Source of the DNA: a virus
Taxonomy: Duplodnaviria; Caudoviricetes
Virus record (IMG/VR): IMGVR_UViG_3300024181_000006
Coordinates: 1 to 53,617 of that record
Strand: one strand, 5' to 3'
Length of the DNA: 53,617 nucleotides
Part shown: positions 19,378-29,358 of the stretch, one piece after another
How the letters are laid out: each line of letters opens with the position of its first letter
How positions within the stretch are numbered: position 1 is the first letter of the stretch
The notes under the pieces: model-generated
Seen by the model: only the letters and a program-made list of their open reading frames with translations
Told to the model about the DNA's origin: nothing
Database searches by the model: none
Translations under genes and position numbers: made by a program

Positions 19378-20508
19378 ATGGGAATTAACACAACAATGTA
19401 TCATCAGGAGGGCACGAATACATATCGTCGCTCCTCTAAGGCAATAGTAGAAGGGTTTGGCGATTATCTATTTAAGATAGGGACCAATCTTCAGAACATT
19501 GAGAAAGAGCTTAGAAGAATCTACCATGCCAAAGGATACAAAGCTGCATTGCATTTCGAGAAATGTTTACACTATCTCAAGACGAATCAATATGACCACT
19601 TCACAGCAGAAGAACTCGCTATTATCCGTATTTTTAATCAAGTTGACCAAAGTGGTGCGGAAGCTCTTATTGTTGCCTATCTGTGTGAGCATGGTAAATT
19701 TAGAGATTTGTTCCTCAATGGTGTTAAGCCTCATGTCTTTGTTGCTTTGCATCTATTTTCTGCTGTATGGCAGGATGAACTTAATAAGATATCAAGTGGA
19801 GACTTTAAGATTGACATTAAGGATTTCTTGGATAGTCCGATACCAGACTTGCAGAAGCATTCTTACTGGAAGGCCCTCGACAAGATTATCAAATCTAGCG
19901 ATAACTGGGAAGGTGGAAGAAGATACTACTACATAGGAAAGAAGGTGTGTCATGCCGGAAATTATGGGATGCGTGGAAATACATTTCAGCTTGCAGTTCT
20001 TGAAGAATCAAGAGGACAAATTGCTCTTACCAAACGGCAAGCAGATGAATATATCGGATTTTATCACACACTATTTCCAGAAATTTCCGAATGGCACAGA
20101 GATGTTATTCGACAACTTGAGGCAACTAGAACTCTCTATAACTTGTTCGGATACCCAAAATACTTCGGACAAGAAATCAGAGATGGAATGTTCAACGAAG
20201 CTTATAGCTTTGTGCCTCAATCAACTGTCGCCTGCATTACTGCAAAAGCTTTCTGTAAGTTGCAAGATTTCATAGAAGGCACAAATAGGGATTGGGATAT
20301 ATTAGCAGATACTCATGATTCATATATGAATCAAACACCCATTCCCGAATCTATAGAATCACTTAAGATAATGAAGGATTTTATAGAACAAGATTTAGTA
20401 TCTCCTCGTGGAGAAAAGTTTAAGATGAAGTCTGAGGGCCAACATGGATTTCTATGGTGTCCTGCTAAAGAGAAGTATCCAGAGGGAATGACTGAAGTTA
20501 AACTATAA
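19378..20508 (+). CDS. DNA polymerase A, C-terminal catalytic part
   Basis: GTNTYRRSS..NLQNI; motif A DQSGAE; motif B KKVCHAGNYG; PQSTVA; motif C THDS. Confidence 0.92.
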   Translation: MGINTTMYHQEGTNTYRRSSKAIVEGFGDYLFKIGTNLQNIEKELRRIYHAKGYKAALHFEKCLHYLKTNQYDHFTAEELAIIRIFNQVDQSGAEALIVAYLCEHGKFRDLFLNGVKPHVFVALHLFSAVWQDELNKISSGDFKIDIKDFLDSPIPDLQKHSYWKALDKIIKSSDNWEGGRRYYYIGKKVCHAGNYGMRGNTFQLAVLEESRGQIALTKRQADEYIGFYHTLFPEISEWHRDVIRQLEATRTLYNLFGYPKYFGQEIRDGMFNEAYSFVPQSTVACITAKAFCKLQDFIEGTNRDWDILADTHDSYMNQTPIPESIESLKIMKDFIEQDLVSPRGEKFKMKSEGQHGFLWCPAKEKYPEGMTEVKL

Positions 20509-20551
20509 TACGTCGGTTTATGAACACGCTAAAGAACCTAAAAGAACCCCC

Positions 20552-21943
20552 ATGTCACAAGAAGAAAGTGAACTATCAAATTATGAAAAATGGCGTCTAT
20601 ACACGGATGGTCTTATATCGCCCGATAATTTTATTGATTTTGGTTGGTATTTCCTTATTTCTGCTGCACTCCAGCGCAGAGTATGGCTTGGGCCACCTCA
20701 TATGCAACTATATCCTAACATCTATGTTATTCCTGTTGCTGAGCCTGGAATTGGTAAGGGATTAGTAATTAAGCAAGTTGCTGAACTTCTAAAGTTCCAT
20801 AAGCTTCCAGACCCTAAATCAAATGGTGCGCTTAGAAATGTTAAAGATATCGATAGACAAGCAATGGAAGCTGTTGCAGAAGCAGACTATAAGATGGCTC
20901 AAGGATTAATGGATGAAACCGATAAGAAAAAGAAACTACGTAACAAAAGTTTTGAGAAGCCTCTCTTGTTTCCAGTTGCTGCTGATGCTACTACTTATGA
21001 AGCTCTTGTTAAAGCTGTTTCTCAAAGTATTCGGAGAATCAACTATTATGAGCCAAATGCTAAGACCGGCGAGCAAGAGCTTAAGGTGTATACTCACTCA
21101 TCTATCGCTTTTTGTCTTGAAGAAATATCATCACTTATACGAAGAAGAACCGAAGATGTAATTCATTTCATGATTCAAGCATATGACTGCGGAGATTACA
21201 TTTACGATACAAAAACACAAGGTAAAGATAGAATTAAAAAATGTTGTGTTTCATTCTTCGGAGGAACTACACCCGGATTTCTACAATCAACCTTTGATGA
21301 CAGATTGCTTACCGAAGGCTTTAGCTCAAGAACTTTCTTTGTATTTGCTTCGTCTAATAGAAAATCAACACTATGGGTTCCCGATTTAACTCCTAAACAA
21401 AAGTCAGCTTATGTTGATATTCAGCTTCATCTGGAAAAACTTTCATATCTTCACGGTAGAGTTACCGTTGAGCAAGATGCTCTTCAAGAATTGGAGAAAT
21501 GGTGGGCAGATACACAGGGTAAGAAAGCTAATACTTCACCGAAACTATTACCCTATTATTCGAGAAAGAATATACACTTTCAAAAGCTTGCGATGGCTAT
21601 TCATTTTGGTGAGTCGTTAGAGATGAATATACCTCTGAAAACATTCATGAGAGCAATAGATATATTAGAGAAGGAAGAGAAGAACATGCATCTTGCGTTA
21701 GGAGTAGATAGAGCTAATCCCTTATCTGTTCCCGCCGAAAGAGTTTACAAGAACTTAGTAGCTAACGGAAAGAAAACCAGAAAGGAACTACTGTTAGACC
21801 ATTGGGAAGAATTACCATTAGGAGGAGATTCTCTTGATGAAATTCTAGAACATCTCAAGATTGGTGGAAAGGTTAGAGATTTTACAGAACGGATGATAGA
21901 CCACACAGACAGAATATTCTATGATGCAATTCGTAAAAAGTAG
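20552..21943 (+). CDS. DUF3987-like P-loop NTPase (putative replicative helicase)
   Basis: LYPNIYVIPVAEPGIGKG, TYEAL, LEE, GGTTP, GFSSR; C-terminal winged-helix-like region. Confidence 0.7.
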   Translation: MSQEESELSNYEKWRLYTDGLISPDNFIDFGWYFLISAALQRRVWLGPPHMQLYPNIYVIPVAEPGIGKGLVIKQVAELLKFHKLPDPKSNGALRNVKDIDRQAMEAVAEADYKMAQGLMDETDKKKKLRNKSFEKPLLFPVAADATTYEALVKAVSQSIRRINYYEPNAKTGEQELKVYTHSSIAFCLEEISSLIRRRTEDVIHFMIQAYDCGDYIYDTKTQGKDRIKKCCVSFFGGTTPGFLQSTFDDRLLTEGFSSRTFFVFASSNRKSTLWVPDLTPKQKSAYVDIQLHLEKLSYLHGRVTVEQDALQELEKWWADTQGKKANTSPKLLPYYSRKNIHFQKLAMAIHFGESLEMNIPLKTFMRAIDILEKEEKNMHLALGVDRANPLSVPAERVYKNLVANGKKTRKELLLDHWEELPLGGDSLDEILEHLKIGGKVRDFTERMIDHTDRIFYDAIRKK

Positions 21944-22452
21944 TCTAATACCATTCCTAATTGGTGCAGGAGTTTGTGGATTTATATTCATTGCTCATGA
22001 ATATAATAAACCTGCATTCCTATCCAAATGGCAAGTTATAGGTGGATATTCGACAGAGCATCCTACTATGATGGGAGTTTCTGTTAGACCTTTATTACCA
22101 AATGAAGGTGCCACTTCTAGAGTATTCTACATAGAAACTAATGCTGTAATCATCCTCGAAATAACAGACGAAGGTAAACAGTTCTCCTACAAATACCAAA
22201 TATTAACCAACGCACTACATGACTAAAATCAAAACAAAAGACCTCATTATTCCCATATTCACGGGCACTATTGGAATTGGAATAGCCGAAACATTCTTCT
22301 ATCTTCTAACTAGAGATAAAGATAGAGACACCTTTGTAGCAACTAATGAGATAATAGCTCTCATTGTAGGCATAATTATCATCTTTCTCAGTCTTGCGCT
22401 ATTTATGGCTATGGTTGATGATATCAATGAACAAAAGAAAAAGAAGAAATGA
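21921..22452 (+). other. Two small membrane proteins (21921..22226, 22219..22452)
   Basis: One and two hydrophobic helices respectively. Confidence 0.6.
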
Positions 22453-22631
22453 ATCCTCACAAGGATACTAACGGAAAGAAGAATGCTTGGGCAATACGGA
22501 GTTACATTGAAGTAGCACGTATCCTAAAGATATCTCCTCAGGCAGTTTGGGAAACTGAGAAGAGAGCTTTTGAGAAAATCAGAACAGCACTTCTTACAGG
22601 GATGGTATCATCCCAGACTTTGCATGATTGA
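22449..22631 (+). CDS. Sigma region-4-like HTH protein
   Basis: RSYIEVARILKISPQAVWETEKRAFEKIR. Confidence 0.7.
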   Translation: MNPHKDTNGKKNAWAIRSYIEVARILKISPQAVWETEKRAFEKIRTALLTGMVSSQTLHD

Positions 22632-25600
22632 TAGCTTTCTTAGTGAAGTAATCAACCATCAAATCTGATGCTTCTTTAGGTCCAAGTTCCTTGGATATGA
22701 AGTTGTAGTATTTCCCGAATGTATATGGATTAGATTCGGGGTCCGGCATTGTCTCATATACATTTGCTTTAATCTTGTGTAGAAGAGCACGTATGGTATC
22801 AGGATTACCTTGTGCTCTCTCTATCGCATTCTCAATTAATTCTGGAACTTCCTGAGCAGCTTCTCCTATATCCTGAGTATGCTTAAACTTCTTCAACTGT
22901 AGGTCCATATAAGGATTACCAGTTGAAGCAGTCTGTGCTTCGTAAGGCTTACCTTCTACCATCTTATATCTTCTTAGCTGAGAAGTTTTCTGATTCAGCA
23001 TCTTGTAGTAATTCTCAGTTGGCATCAAATCAGGATTTCTTGCTAACCAAGATACAGCAATACGTCCGAATTGAATATTCTCCTTCGTAATATCAGTAGC
23101 AAGCTTAGTTACGATATTAACGTAATCATCCATTGAATGAACATTTGGGTCATTAATCATTGCTGAGATGGCCTGCAATGGACGATGAACTACACCTGAA
23201 ATTACTTCATCTAGTGGGAAGGTTGCACTTTGAGGTATGTTCTTAAAGGCCACATCTCCAACAATCTTACCTGCTTGAGAAAGAATTCCAGCAAATCCTA
23301 CATAGCTAGAGAGTGCCATAGCTTTGTATGCAGCTAGAGGAATATTACCCTCTATACCTTTATCTGAATTAGCCATCTCAACAAAAGATGGAATTGGAGA
23401 TTTCTTATCACCGATAGTCTCTCTTAATTTGTTAATTACATACCCACCTCCCAATGCACCAAGAGTAGACATGAGGAAAGGAACAGCATTACCCTTCTGT
23501 AAAGGTGTCCAAACATGCTTCATCCAAGCATTAGTCTGGGCTATATTCCAAGATGCAAGTTGAAAGAATGGTTGAACTGCTGTATCTCTTAGCATCCAAG
23601 CAGGAAGAGTTCTAGCATCATGTGTTCCATGAATCATTCCTGCAAATCCAGATGCCATCTTCTGTAACTCATCAGCAGAGTAAGTTTTGCTAGTAGTCCA
23701 ATCTGGGTCAACTTGCTTCATGATTCTAATAGCATCTGCATTTCCAGCATTAGCAGCAGCTTGTTTTGCATTAATTACAAACTCACCAATGTTCTGTAGA
23801 AATCCCTTGGTAAATGCATTAGTTGCATCTCTACCGTTAATCCTCGATATCAAAGAGGCAGCACTTTGAACTTTCTCAAGTAGAGTAGCATTCTTATCAA
23901 GTATGTCGCTAAACGTTGAAAGATTCTTTCTCTCATATCCCTGCTGTAAAGCTTTCTCGTATCCTGAAGTAAGATTACTCAGAGCCTTAGTATAAGCAGG
24001 AACCACTTCACCAGGATGCAAGTATTGTAAGCTATTAGCAATAGATGATGCAGCAATATGCATGTTTGTAAGTGGCCCAAGGAATAAAGATGTGGCTACT
24101 CTATTTAGAGTCTTAAGCCAGCTTTCATCTTTATTGAATGGTTCACCGTAAATTTTGCTTAAGGCATGTTCAACATCTTCAGCGCCGGATAATGAACCAC
24201 CTTTCTCTATAGCAGCTTTAACAGGAGCATTCTGTGTAAAGTTACTCTCAAATGCTAAATCTGCTGCTGCTCTATTAAAGAATCCAGACATACCCTTAAG
24301 TAGTCCGTTTCTCATCCATGAGTTAGGAAGTTGAGTTCTATCTAGAGTTCTAATCTCTCTGAATCTGGAAAGATTAGGTCTATTTGAATCGTAAGCATCA
24401 ATGATAGATTTCAGAGTTGCTTGAGCATCAGCTAAGGATTTACCTTGTTGCTGTGTTTGGAAATCGAGGAAGTCCTGCTTAAGATTCTGAACAGCAGTAG
24501 AATTAGGACGTTCTGTTAGAGTTTCTATAGCATCAGGATTAATCTTATTAGGATGATAGAATTCATTACCCTGATTGAATGGCCTAAGAGCATCTGTAAT
24601 AGCATTATACAGGTCCATCTGCTTAGCATTCAGAAGATTAGGTGCAATGGAACGATTATCTCTGTATTCCTGAATACGAACATTCTCAACTTTATTCAAG
24701 TCTCCCTTAGATAATCCTTTAGCTGCATCAAGGATTCCCTTCATTCCTTCACCATAGACAGCATCCTTATCTTGTGCATATTTAATGTATGCATCAGAGA
24801 ATAAGTCACCAATAGAACCATGATTACTTCTGATATCATCCAGAAGAGTTCTAGTTAATCCTATAGTAGCGTAAGGTAATCTATTGGCTGTATGAGATTC
24901 TCTCAATTCATCTACACGAAGATTCATGTCAGATGGATTAGATGCTAGATTTGAGGAAATAGCATACTTAGGAAGTTCCTCAACTTTAGCATCAATTCCA
25001 TGCTGTCTTTGTAGAGTATCAAGTTGTGCTCTAATTCTAATTTGCTGAGCACGAAGATAATCTCCTTCAGTCTTATTAGGATTATGCTCGAACTGAAACT
25101 GCAAATCTATGTATTTAGTTCGGAGATTCTCAGCAAGTTTCTCAGCATCTTTGGGATTAGTAACTCTATCTACAGTTTCCCAGCTAGTCTTAGCTGCTTT
25201 AGCTTTTGCTTTAGCTTCCTTAGATGTGGAAAGTTCTTTCCTGTCTCTCTCAAAATTATATTCCTTACCAGGCTCAAACTCTTGTTTAATGTAAGGAGTC
25301 TTGGACTTCTCAGGTTTACTAACTTTAGCTTCAATAGGTTCAGAAGGACTTTCCTCTTCAGCATGAACTTGTCTGGCCTCAATAGATTTCTTTAACTGTT
25401 CAGCAACAGAAGGAGCATTAGCCTCTTCTTCAGCTTTCATCTGTCGGCGGACATTCTTGAATCGTTCTACTAATTCAGGAGTATATTTAGTTCCTTTTTC
25501 TCTATGTGCAGCCATCTCAGCTTGAACAGCTTCATGTTCAGCATTTAAGTCAGTTATTGGTAATGCTTTAGTTGGTTTAGGTGAAGGAGGAACTTCTTCC

Positions 25601-28206
25601 TTAACTTGCGGCGTAACTTTTTCCTTTTTAGGCAAGGGCAAAGGTCGCTCCGTAGGAACTTGCTTAGCTTCCTCTTTAAGCTTTTCTCTACGGCGCGCTT
25701 TAGCCTCTTCTTCAGGGCTTTCATATTTAAACTGCTCTTCATTATAGAAGTTCTGAATTGCTTTCCAATGTTCTACATCTTCTGGGTCGAAGTCCTTATT
25801 CTTAAGTCCTGCAAGAACTCTTGAATTCTTATCCCATTTAACCTGATTGATAAGAGTATCTCTAGCTTCCTGTAATTCCTCAGGAGACAGTTCTCCTACA
25901 TCTGATTTAGTAACAGCTGTATGGATAAGAGTAACAACAGAATCATCTCTAGGATTAACTAGATTAGATTTCTCGGCATTCTTTACAGGAGGCAATCCAC
26001 CATGCCTATTCTTGATTTCTTCATTCTCTGCAAAAGCTTTAGCTAAAGCATCATTATCTCCAGCATGAAAAGCTCTCCTCATCTCTGCTTGAGCAGCTTG
26101 ATACTTATCGTAATCAGAAGGCTCTTTAAGATTGGATTGCTCTGCATTAACAACTCTAGGAGCTACAATAGCACCAGTTCCTTCCCCGAACACTTTTGAG
26201 AATGCCGGGTCATGAAGCAACTTATAGTGCATGATTCTTTGGAAATCCTCTATAGTGCCATGTTCACCAAATCGAGTTTTAGCATAGGCAGACATATCTT
26301 TCCACCATTGCTGCCATTTGGTATCATTGGATATAGCACGATTAACTGCTTCTTGACCTGCATTTGTAGCTTGAAATTCCTCAACATTAGACTCTAAGCC
26401 AGCTGCTTTTCGTTTGGCGGCCCATGCTTGATAATCAGGATTATCTGCTACTAGCTTATCATATTTCTCAACAATAGCATTATCTCTCCCACGAGGAGAA
26501 TTACGCATATCGTTAACAAACGAATGAAATTCTTCATGCACTGGAGTATCAGCACCAGCAAGTGCAGGATTAACTTTAGCTATGACTTCCTTAAGTCCTT
26601 GTCTAGCTGCTGTTTGACCAGCTACAGGTTCATCTGTATCTATGTTCTTAATGGTGCCATCTTCAACAACTTTGATATTACGAAGAATACCAAGCTTTTG
26701 TGCAAAATCAAGCCAACGTCTAGTTAGATTACCAGATAATCCTTCTTTCTCTAAGGCTTCTCTGGTTTCTACTTCTTGGGGAGTTTTGATTGAAGAAGGT
26801 TCAGAATATCTTTGACCTTTTCCAAAATTAGATTCTCGTAGAGTATTTGCTAATCCTCTAACAATATCTTCAAATTCCTGAGATTTATTGATATCAAGTT
26901 TATTTCTTGAAACAAGAATATCCATTACCCTTCTTCCTACTGGGTCACGTTTCTGAATTGCTTCAATAGCATTCTTACCTATTCTAATCTGTTCATCAGG
27001 AGTTTTATCAGGAAATAAAGCTTGTCCAATAAATGCAGCATGGTCCTCCCATTTATCATAAACATCTGCATATTCCTTATGACTTATAGGAGGAGTTTCT
27101 TCGTGGAGATTTGATTCTTCTGAGTAGACTGGTTTCTTTCCTGCTTCAAACAAATCTTCATCCGTCGGTTGAGTTGCTTCAACTTTAGAAATATAATCAC
27201 TTTTAGGAGCTTCAGTTGGGTATTGACCAAAGGGCTGTGATTTGAGCTTTGCAAGTTTCTCATCCCTTCTTGCTTTAAGTTCTGCAAATGCTTGCATCTG
27301 TTCATCTGATAATTTAGGAAATCCAAAAGTTTGTAGCTCAGGTTCAGGTTGCTCTGGAATACGAATTATAGGTTCTTTAGCAGGAGATGGAATTCTAGAC
27401 TGCTTAGCAAGCATTTCTCTTGTAAATTCATCCTGAATATCAGGAGAATGGAATCCTAGCCTTTTACCAATAGCATTAGGTTTATTGAATACAGCACCAC
27501 CTAATGCACTACCAACTACTTCATTAGTAGGAAATGGAGTTCCTTCAGGAGATAGAGCATATTGTGCTATTGGTTGAGCAGCACCAACTCCAGCACCTAT
27601 ACCAACATTGAGAAGATTACCAAGTTCTTCTGCTTTAGGTGCCATTCCCATAAATAGTTTAGGAATAGCTCTTGCCGCCGAGCCAACATTAGCTGGACTA
27701 GGATTTAATCCTCCTAGTGGCATAGTAGCTAAGGAACCAAGAATTGCAGCATTAGGATGCTCTTGTTCTGCTTGGGCAACATTCTCCTGAATTGATTGAG
27801 GAAGTATCTTATTCTGAATTCCTCTTCCAACATATCCACCAGTTAATGCTCCAGCTATTCCTACACCAATAGGAAGTAGCATAGAAGCACCCATTGTTTC
27901 AGGTGCTAAAGCTGCTCCTAAAGCTAAAGCTCCACCTGCACCAGCACCAGCTGTAAGAGAAGGAAATGCAGAAGTAGCAGCAGCTTTTGCAAATGTCTCT
28001 AGAGCACTATTCTGATTCCCAGAATTCTGGGAAGTGAATCCTGGATTGGGGGATAACTTTGCTTCGTAAGGTGTAGAATTTAAAGATGGTTGGTCCTTGG
28101 TAGGTTTAGGAATGATATTCTCTTCATTCCCATCAAGAGTATATTTATCAGGGTCTAATCCCTGCTGTTGAATTAACCAGTTTCTCTGGTAATCAGTAAG
28201 TGGCAT
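22594..28206 (-). CDS. Large internal virion / DNA ejection protein
   Basis: 1870 aa, last gene of the virion operon; Gly/Ala-rich hydrophobic N-terminus; HEEFH motif. Confidence 0.7.
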   Translation of the reverse strand: MPLTDYQRNWLIQQQGLDPDKYTLDGNEENIIPKPTKDQPSLNSTPYEAKLSPNPGFTSQNSGNQNSALETFAKAAATSAFPSLTAGAGAGGALALGAALAPETMGASMLLPIGVGIAGALTGGYVGRGIQNKILPQSIQENVAQAEQEHPNAAILGSLATMPLGGLNPSPANVGSAARAIPKLFMGMAPKAEELGNLLNVGIGAGVGAAQPIAQYALSPEGTPFPTNEVVGSALGGAVFNKPNAIGKRLGFHSPDIQDEFTREMLAKQSRIPSPAKEPIIRIPEQPEPELQTFGFPKLSDEQMQAFAELKARRDEKLAKLKSQPFGQYPTEAPKSDYISKVEATQPTDEDLFEAGKKPVYSEESNLHEETPPISHKEYADVYDKWEDHAAFIGQALFPDKTPDEQIRIGKNAIEAIQKRDPVGRRVMDILVSRNKLDINKSQEFEDIVRGLANTLRESNFGKGQRYSEPSSIKTPQEVETREALEKEGLSGNLTRRWLDFAQKLGILRNIKVVEDGTIKNIDTDEPVAGQTAARQGLKEVIAKVNPALAGADTPVHEEFHSFVNDMRNSPRGRDNAIVEKYDKLVADNPDYQAWAAKRKAAGLESNVEEFQATNAGQEAVNRAISNDTKWQQWWKDMSAYAKTRFGEHGTIEDFQRIMHYKLLHDPAFSKVFGEGTGAIVAPRVVNAEQSNLKEPSDYDKYQAAQAEMRRAFHAGDNDALAKAFAENEEIKNRHGGLPPVKNAEKSNLVNPRDDSVVTLIHTAVTKSDVGELSPEELQEARDTLINQVKWDKNSRVLAGLKNKDFDPEDVEHWKAIQNFYNEEQFKYESPEEEAKARRREKLKEEAKQVPTERPLPLPKKEKVTPQVKEEVPPSPKPTKALPITDLNAEHEAVQAEMAAHREKGTKYTPELVERFKNVRRQMKAEEEANAPSVAEQLKKSIEARQVHAEEESPSEPIEAKVSKPEKSKTPYIKQEFEPGKEYNFERDRKELSTSKEAKAKAKAAKTSWETVDRVTNPKDAEKLAENLRTKYIDLQFQFEHNPNKTEGDYLRAQQIRIRAQLDTLQRQHGIDAKVEELPKYAISSNLASNPSDMNLRVDELRESHTANRLPYATIGLTRTLLDDIRSNHGSIGDLFSDAYIKYAQDKDAVYGEGMKGILDAAKGLSKGDLNKVENVRIQEYRDNRSIAPNLLNAKQMDLYNAITDALRPFNQGNEFYHPNKINPDAIETLTERPNSTAVQNLKQDFLDFQTQQQGKSLADAQATLKSIIDAYDSNRPNLSRFREIRTLDRTQLPNSWMRNGLLKGMSGFFNRAAADLAFESNFTQNAPVKAAIEKGGSLSGAEDVEHALSKIYGEPFNKDESWLKTLNRVATSLFLGPLTNMHIAASSIANSLQYLHPGEVVPAYTKALSNLTSGYEKALQQGYERKNLSTFSDILDKNATLLEKVQSAASLISRINGRDATNAFTKGFLQNIGEFVINAKQAAANAGNADAIRIMKQVDPDWTTSKTYSADELQKMASGFAGMIHGTHDARTLPAWMLRDTAVQPFFQLASWNIAQTNAWMKHVWTPLQKGNAVPFLMSTLGALGGGYVINKLRETIGDKKSPIPSFVEMANSDKGIEGNIPLAAYKAMALSSYVGFAGILSQAGKIVGDVAFKNIPQSATFPLDEVISGVVHRPLQAISAMINDPNVHSMDDYVNIVTKLATDITKENIQFGRIAVSWLARNPDLMPTENYYKMLNQKTSQLRRYKMVEGKPYEAQTASTGNPYMDLQLKKFKHTQDIGEAAQEVPELIENAIERAQGNPDTIRALLHKIKANVYETMPDPESNPYTFGKYYNFISKELGPKEASDLMVDYFTKKAINHAKSGMIPSL

Positions 28207-28209
28207 AAC

Positions 28210-29295
28210 TTAGAATGCACCAATAAGACTTGCAGGATTGAATTGACTACCTTGACGTTGAAAATTCTGGAGAAGATTCTGATACCATTCTCTGAATCCT
28301 TGTCCTTGTTGCATCTCTTGAGGATTATAGAATCTTTTAGGAGTTCCAGAAGGAGTTTGGTCATTAGCTGGCATAGGAGATATCCCCATAGGACCAGCTA
28401 AAGGATTATCTTGAGGCAATCCAGGATTAGGAGGAGAATCAGTAGATAAGAATCCACCAGGATTCATAGCTGCTCCAGCAGGAAAGTTAGGTGATGGATT
28501 GAGTTGAGAAGAGGCAGGTGGACCTTGCATCTTTGCTTGGTCATATTGCATCTTATCGATTGGTAAAGTAATTCCCGCAGGACTATAGTCTTGCATAGTT
28601 TTAACTCCCATTGGAATGTATGTTCCATCTTTACCAGTAATTCCATAAGGTAGAGATGTTTGTCTTGGAGTTGCACCGACAATAGTTCCAACTCCACCAT
28701 TAGGATTACGAAAAGCAGCTATACCCCCAGATTGTGCTGTAGGAATAGGAACATTAGGATTGATATTAGATTGTTCAAATCCAACTCCAGTATCAGTAGC
28801 TTTCTGAGCTTCAGGCTTATTAAGAGAATTACCCCTTAATTGTTGCTGCTTAAGAGTATTAGCTGTAACTTGTTGCATGATATCTCCAACATATTGTTCA
28901 GGAGTTACACCATATTTAGCAGCAATATCCTGAACATTCTTCAATTTAGCCATCTCTTTAACAGCTTCATTATGCATCTTCTCGATAGCTGCTTGATGTT
29001 CATTAATCATCTTTTGCAAGTCTTTATTCCCTTGAATCTCTGTCATCTGTGAGCCATGCTGAGCATTAAGCATAGTAGCCAATCTTCGAGATTGACCACC
29101 AAATATTCCAGATGAACCCTGATATGGAGTATACATATCCTCTCCATTAGTAGGGTCAATATCTAATCCGCCACTTATTGCATCTTGTCCAAATAGTGAA
29201 CTAAGCAATGATGGATTGCCATATAAATCATTGCGAGATGTAAATGATGGACCACCAGAACCAGTGTATAATCTACCCATTGCTTTCGTGCTCAT
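28210..29295 (-). CDS. Internal virion (ejection) protein
   Basis: G/Q/P-rich, typical position in podoviruses. Confidence 0.55.
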   Translation of the reverse strand: MSTKAMGRLYTGSGGPSFTSRNDLYGNPSLLSSLFGQDAISGGLDIDPTNGEDMYTPYQGSSGIFGGQSRRLATMLNAQHGSQMTEIQGNKDLQKMINEHQAAIEKMHNEAVKEMAKLKNVQDIAAKYGVTPEQYVGDIMQQVTANTLKQQQLRGNSLNKPEAQKATDTGVGFEQSNINPNVPIPTAQSGGIAAFRNPNGGVGTIVGATPRQTSLPYGITGKDGTYIPMGVKTMQDYSPAGITLPIDKMQYDQAKMQGPPASSQLNPSPNFPAGAAMNPGGFLSTDSPPNPGLPQDNPLAGPMGISPMPANDQTPSGTPKRFYNPQEMQQGQGFREWYQNLLQNFQRQGSQFNPASLIGAF

Positions 29296-29358
29296 ATTCT
29301 TTTAAATGCTTAGCTGCTTTGTATATTTTAACTGCAAGATTCTCCAAATCTATATATG

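Noticed and set aside
17698-19378. Intron or split intein joining the polymerase halves
   Set aside because: The interval is packed with ordinary ORFs; no intein terminal residues or homing endonuclease
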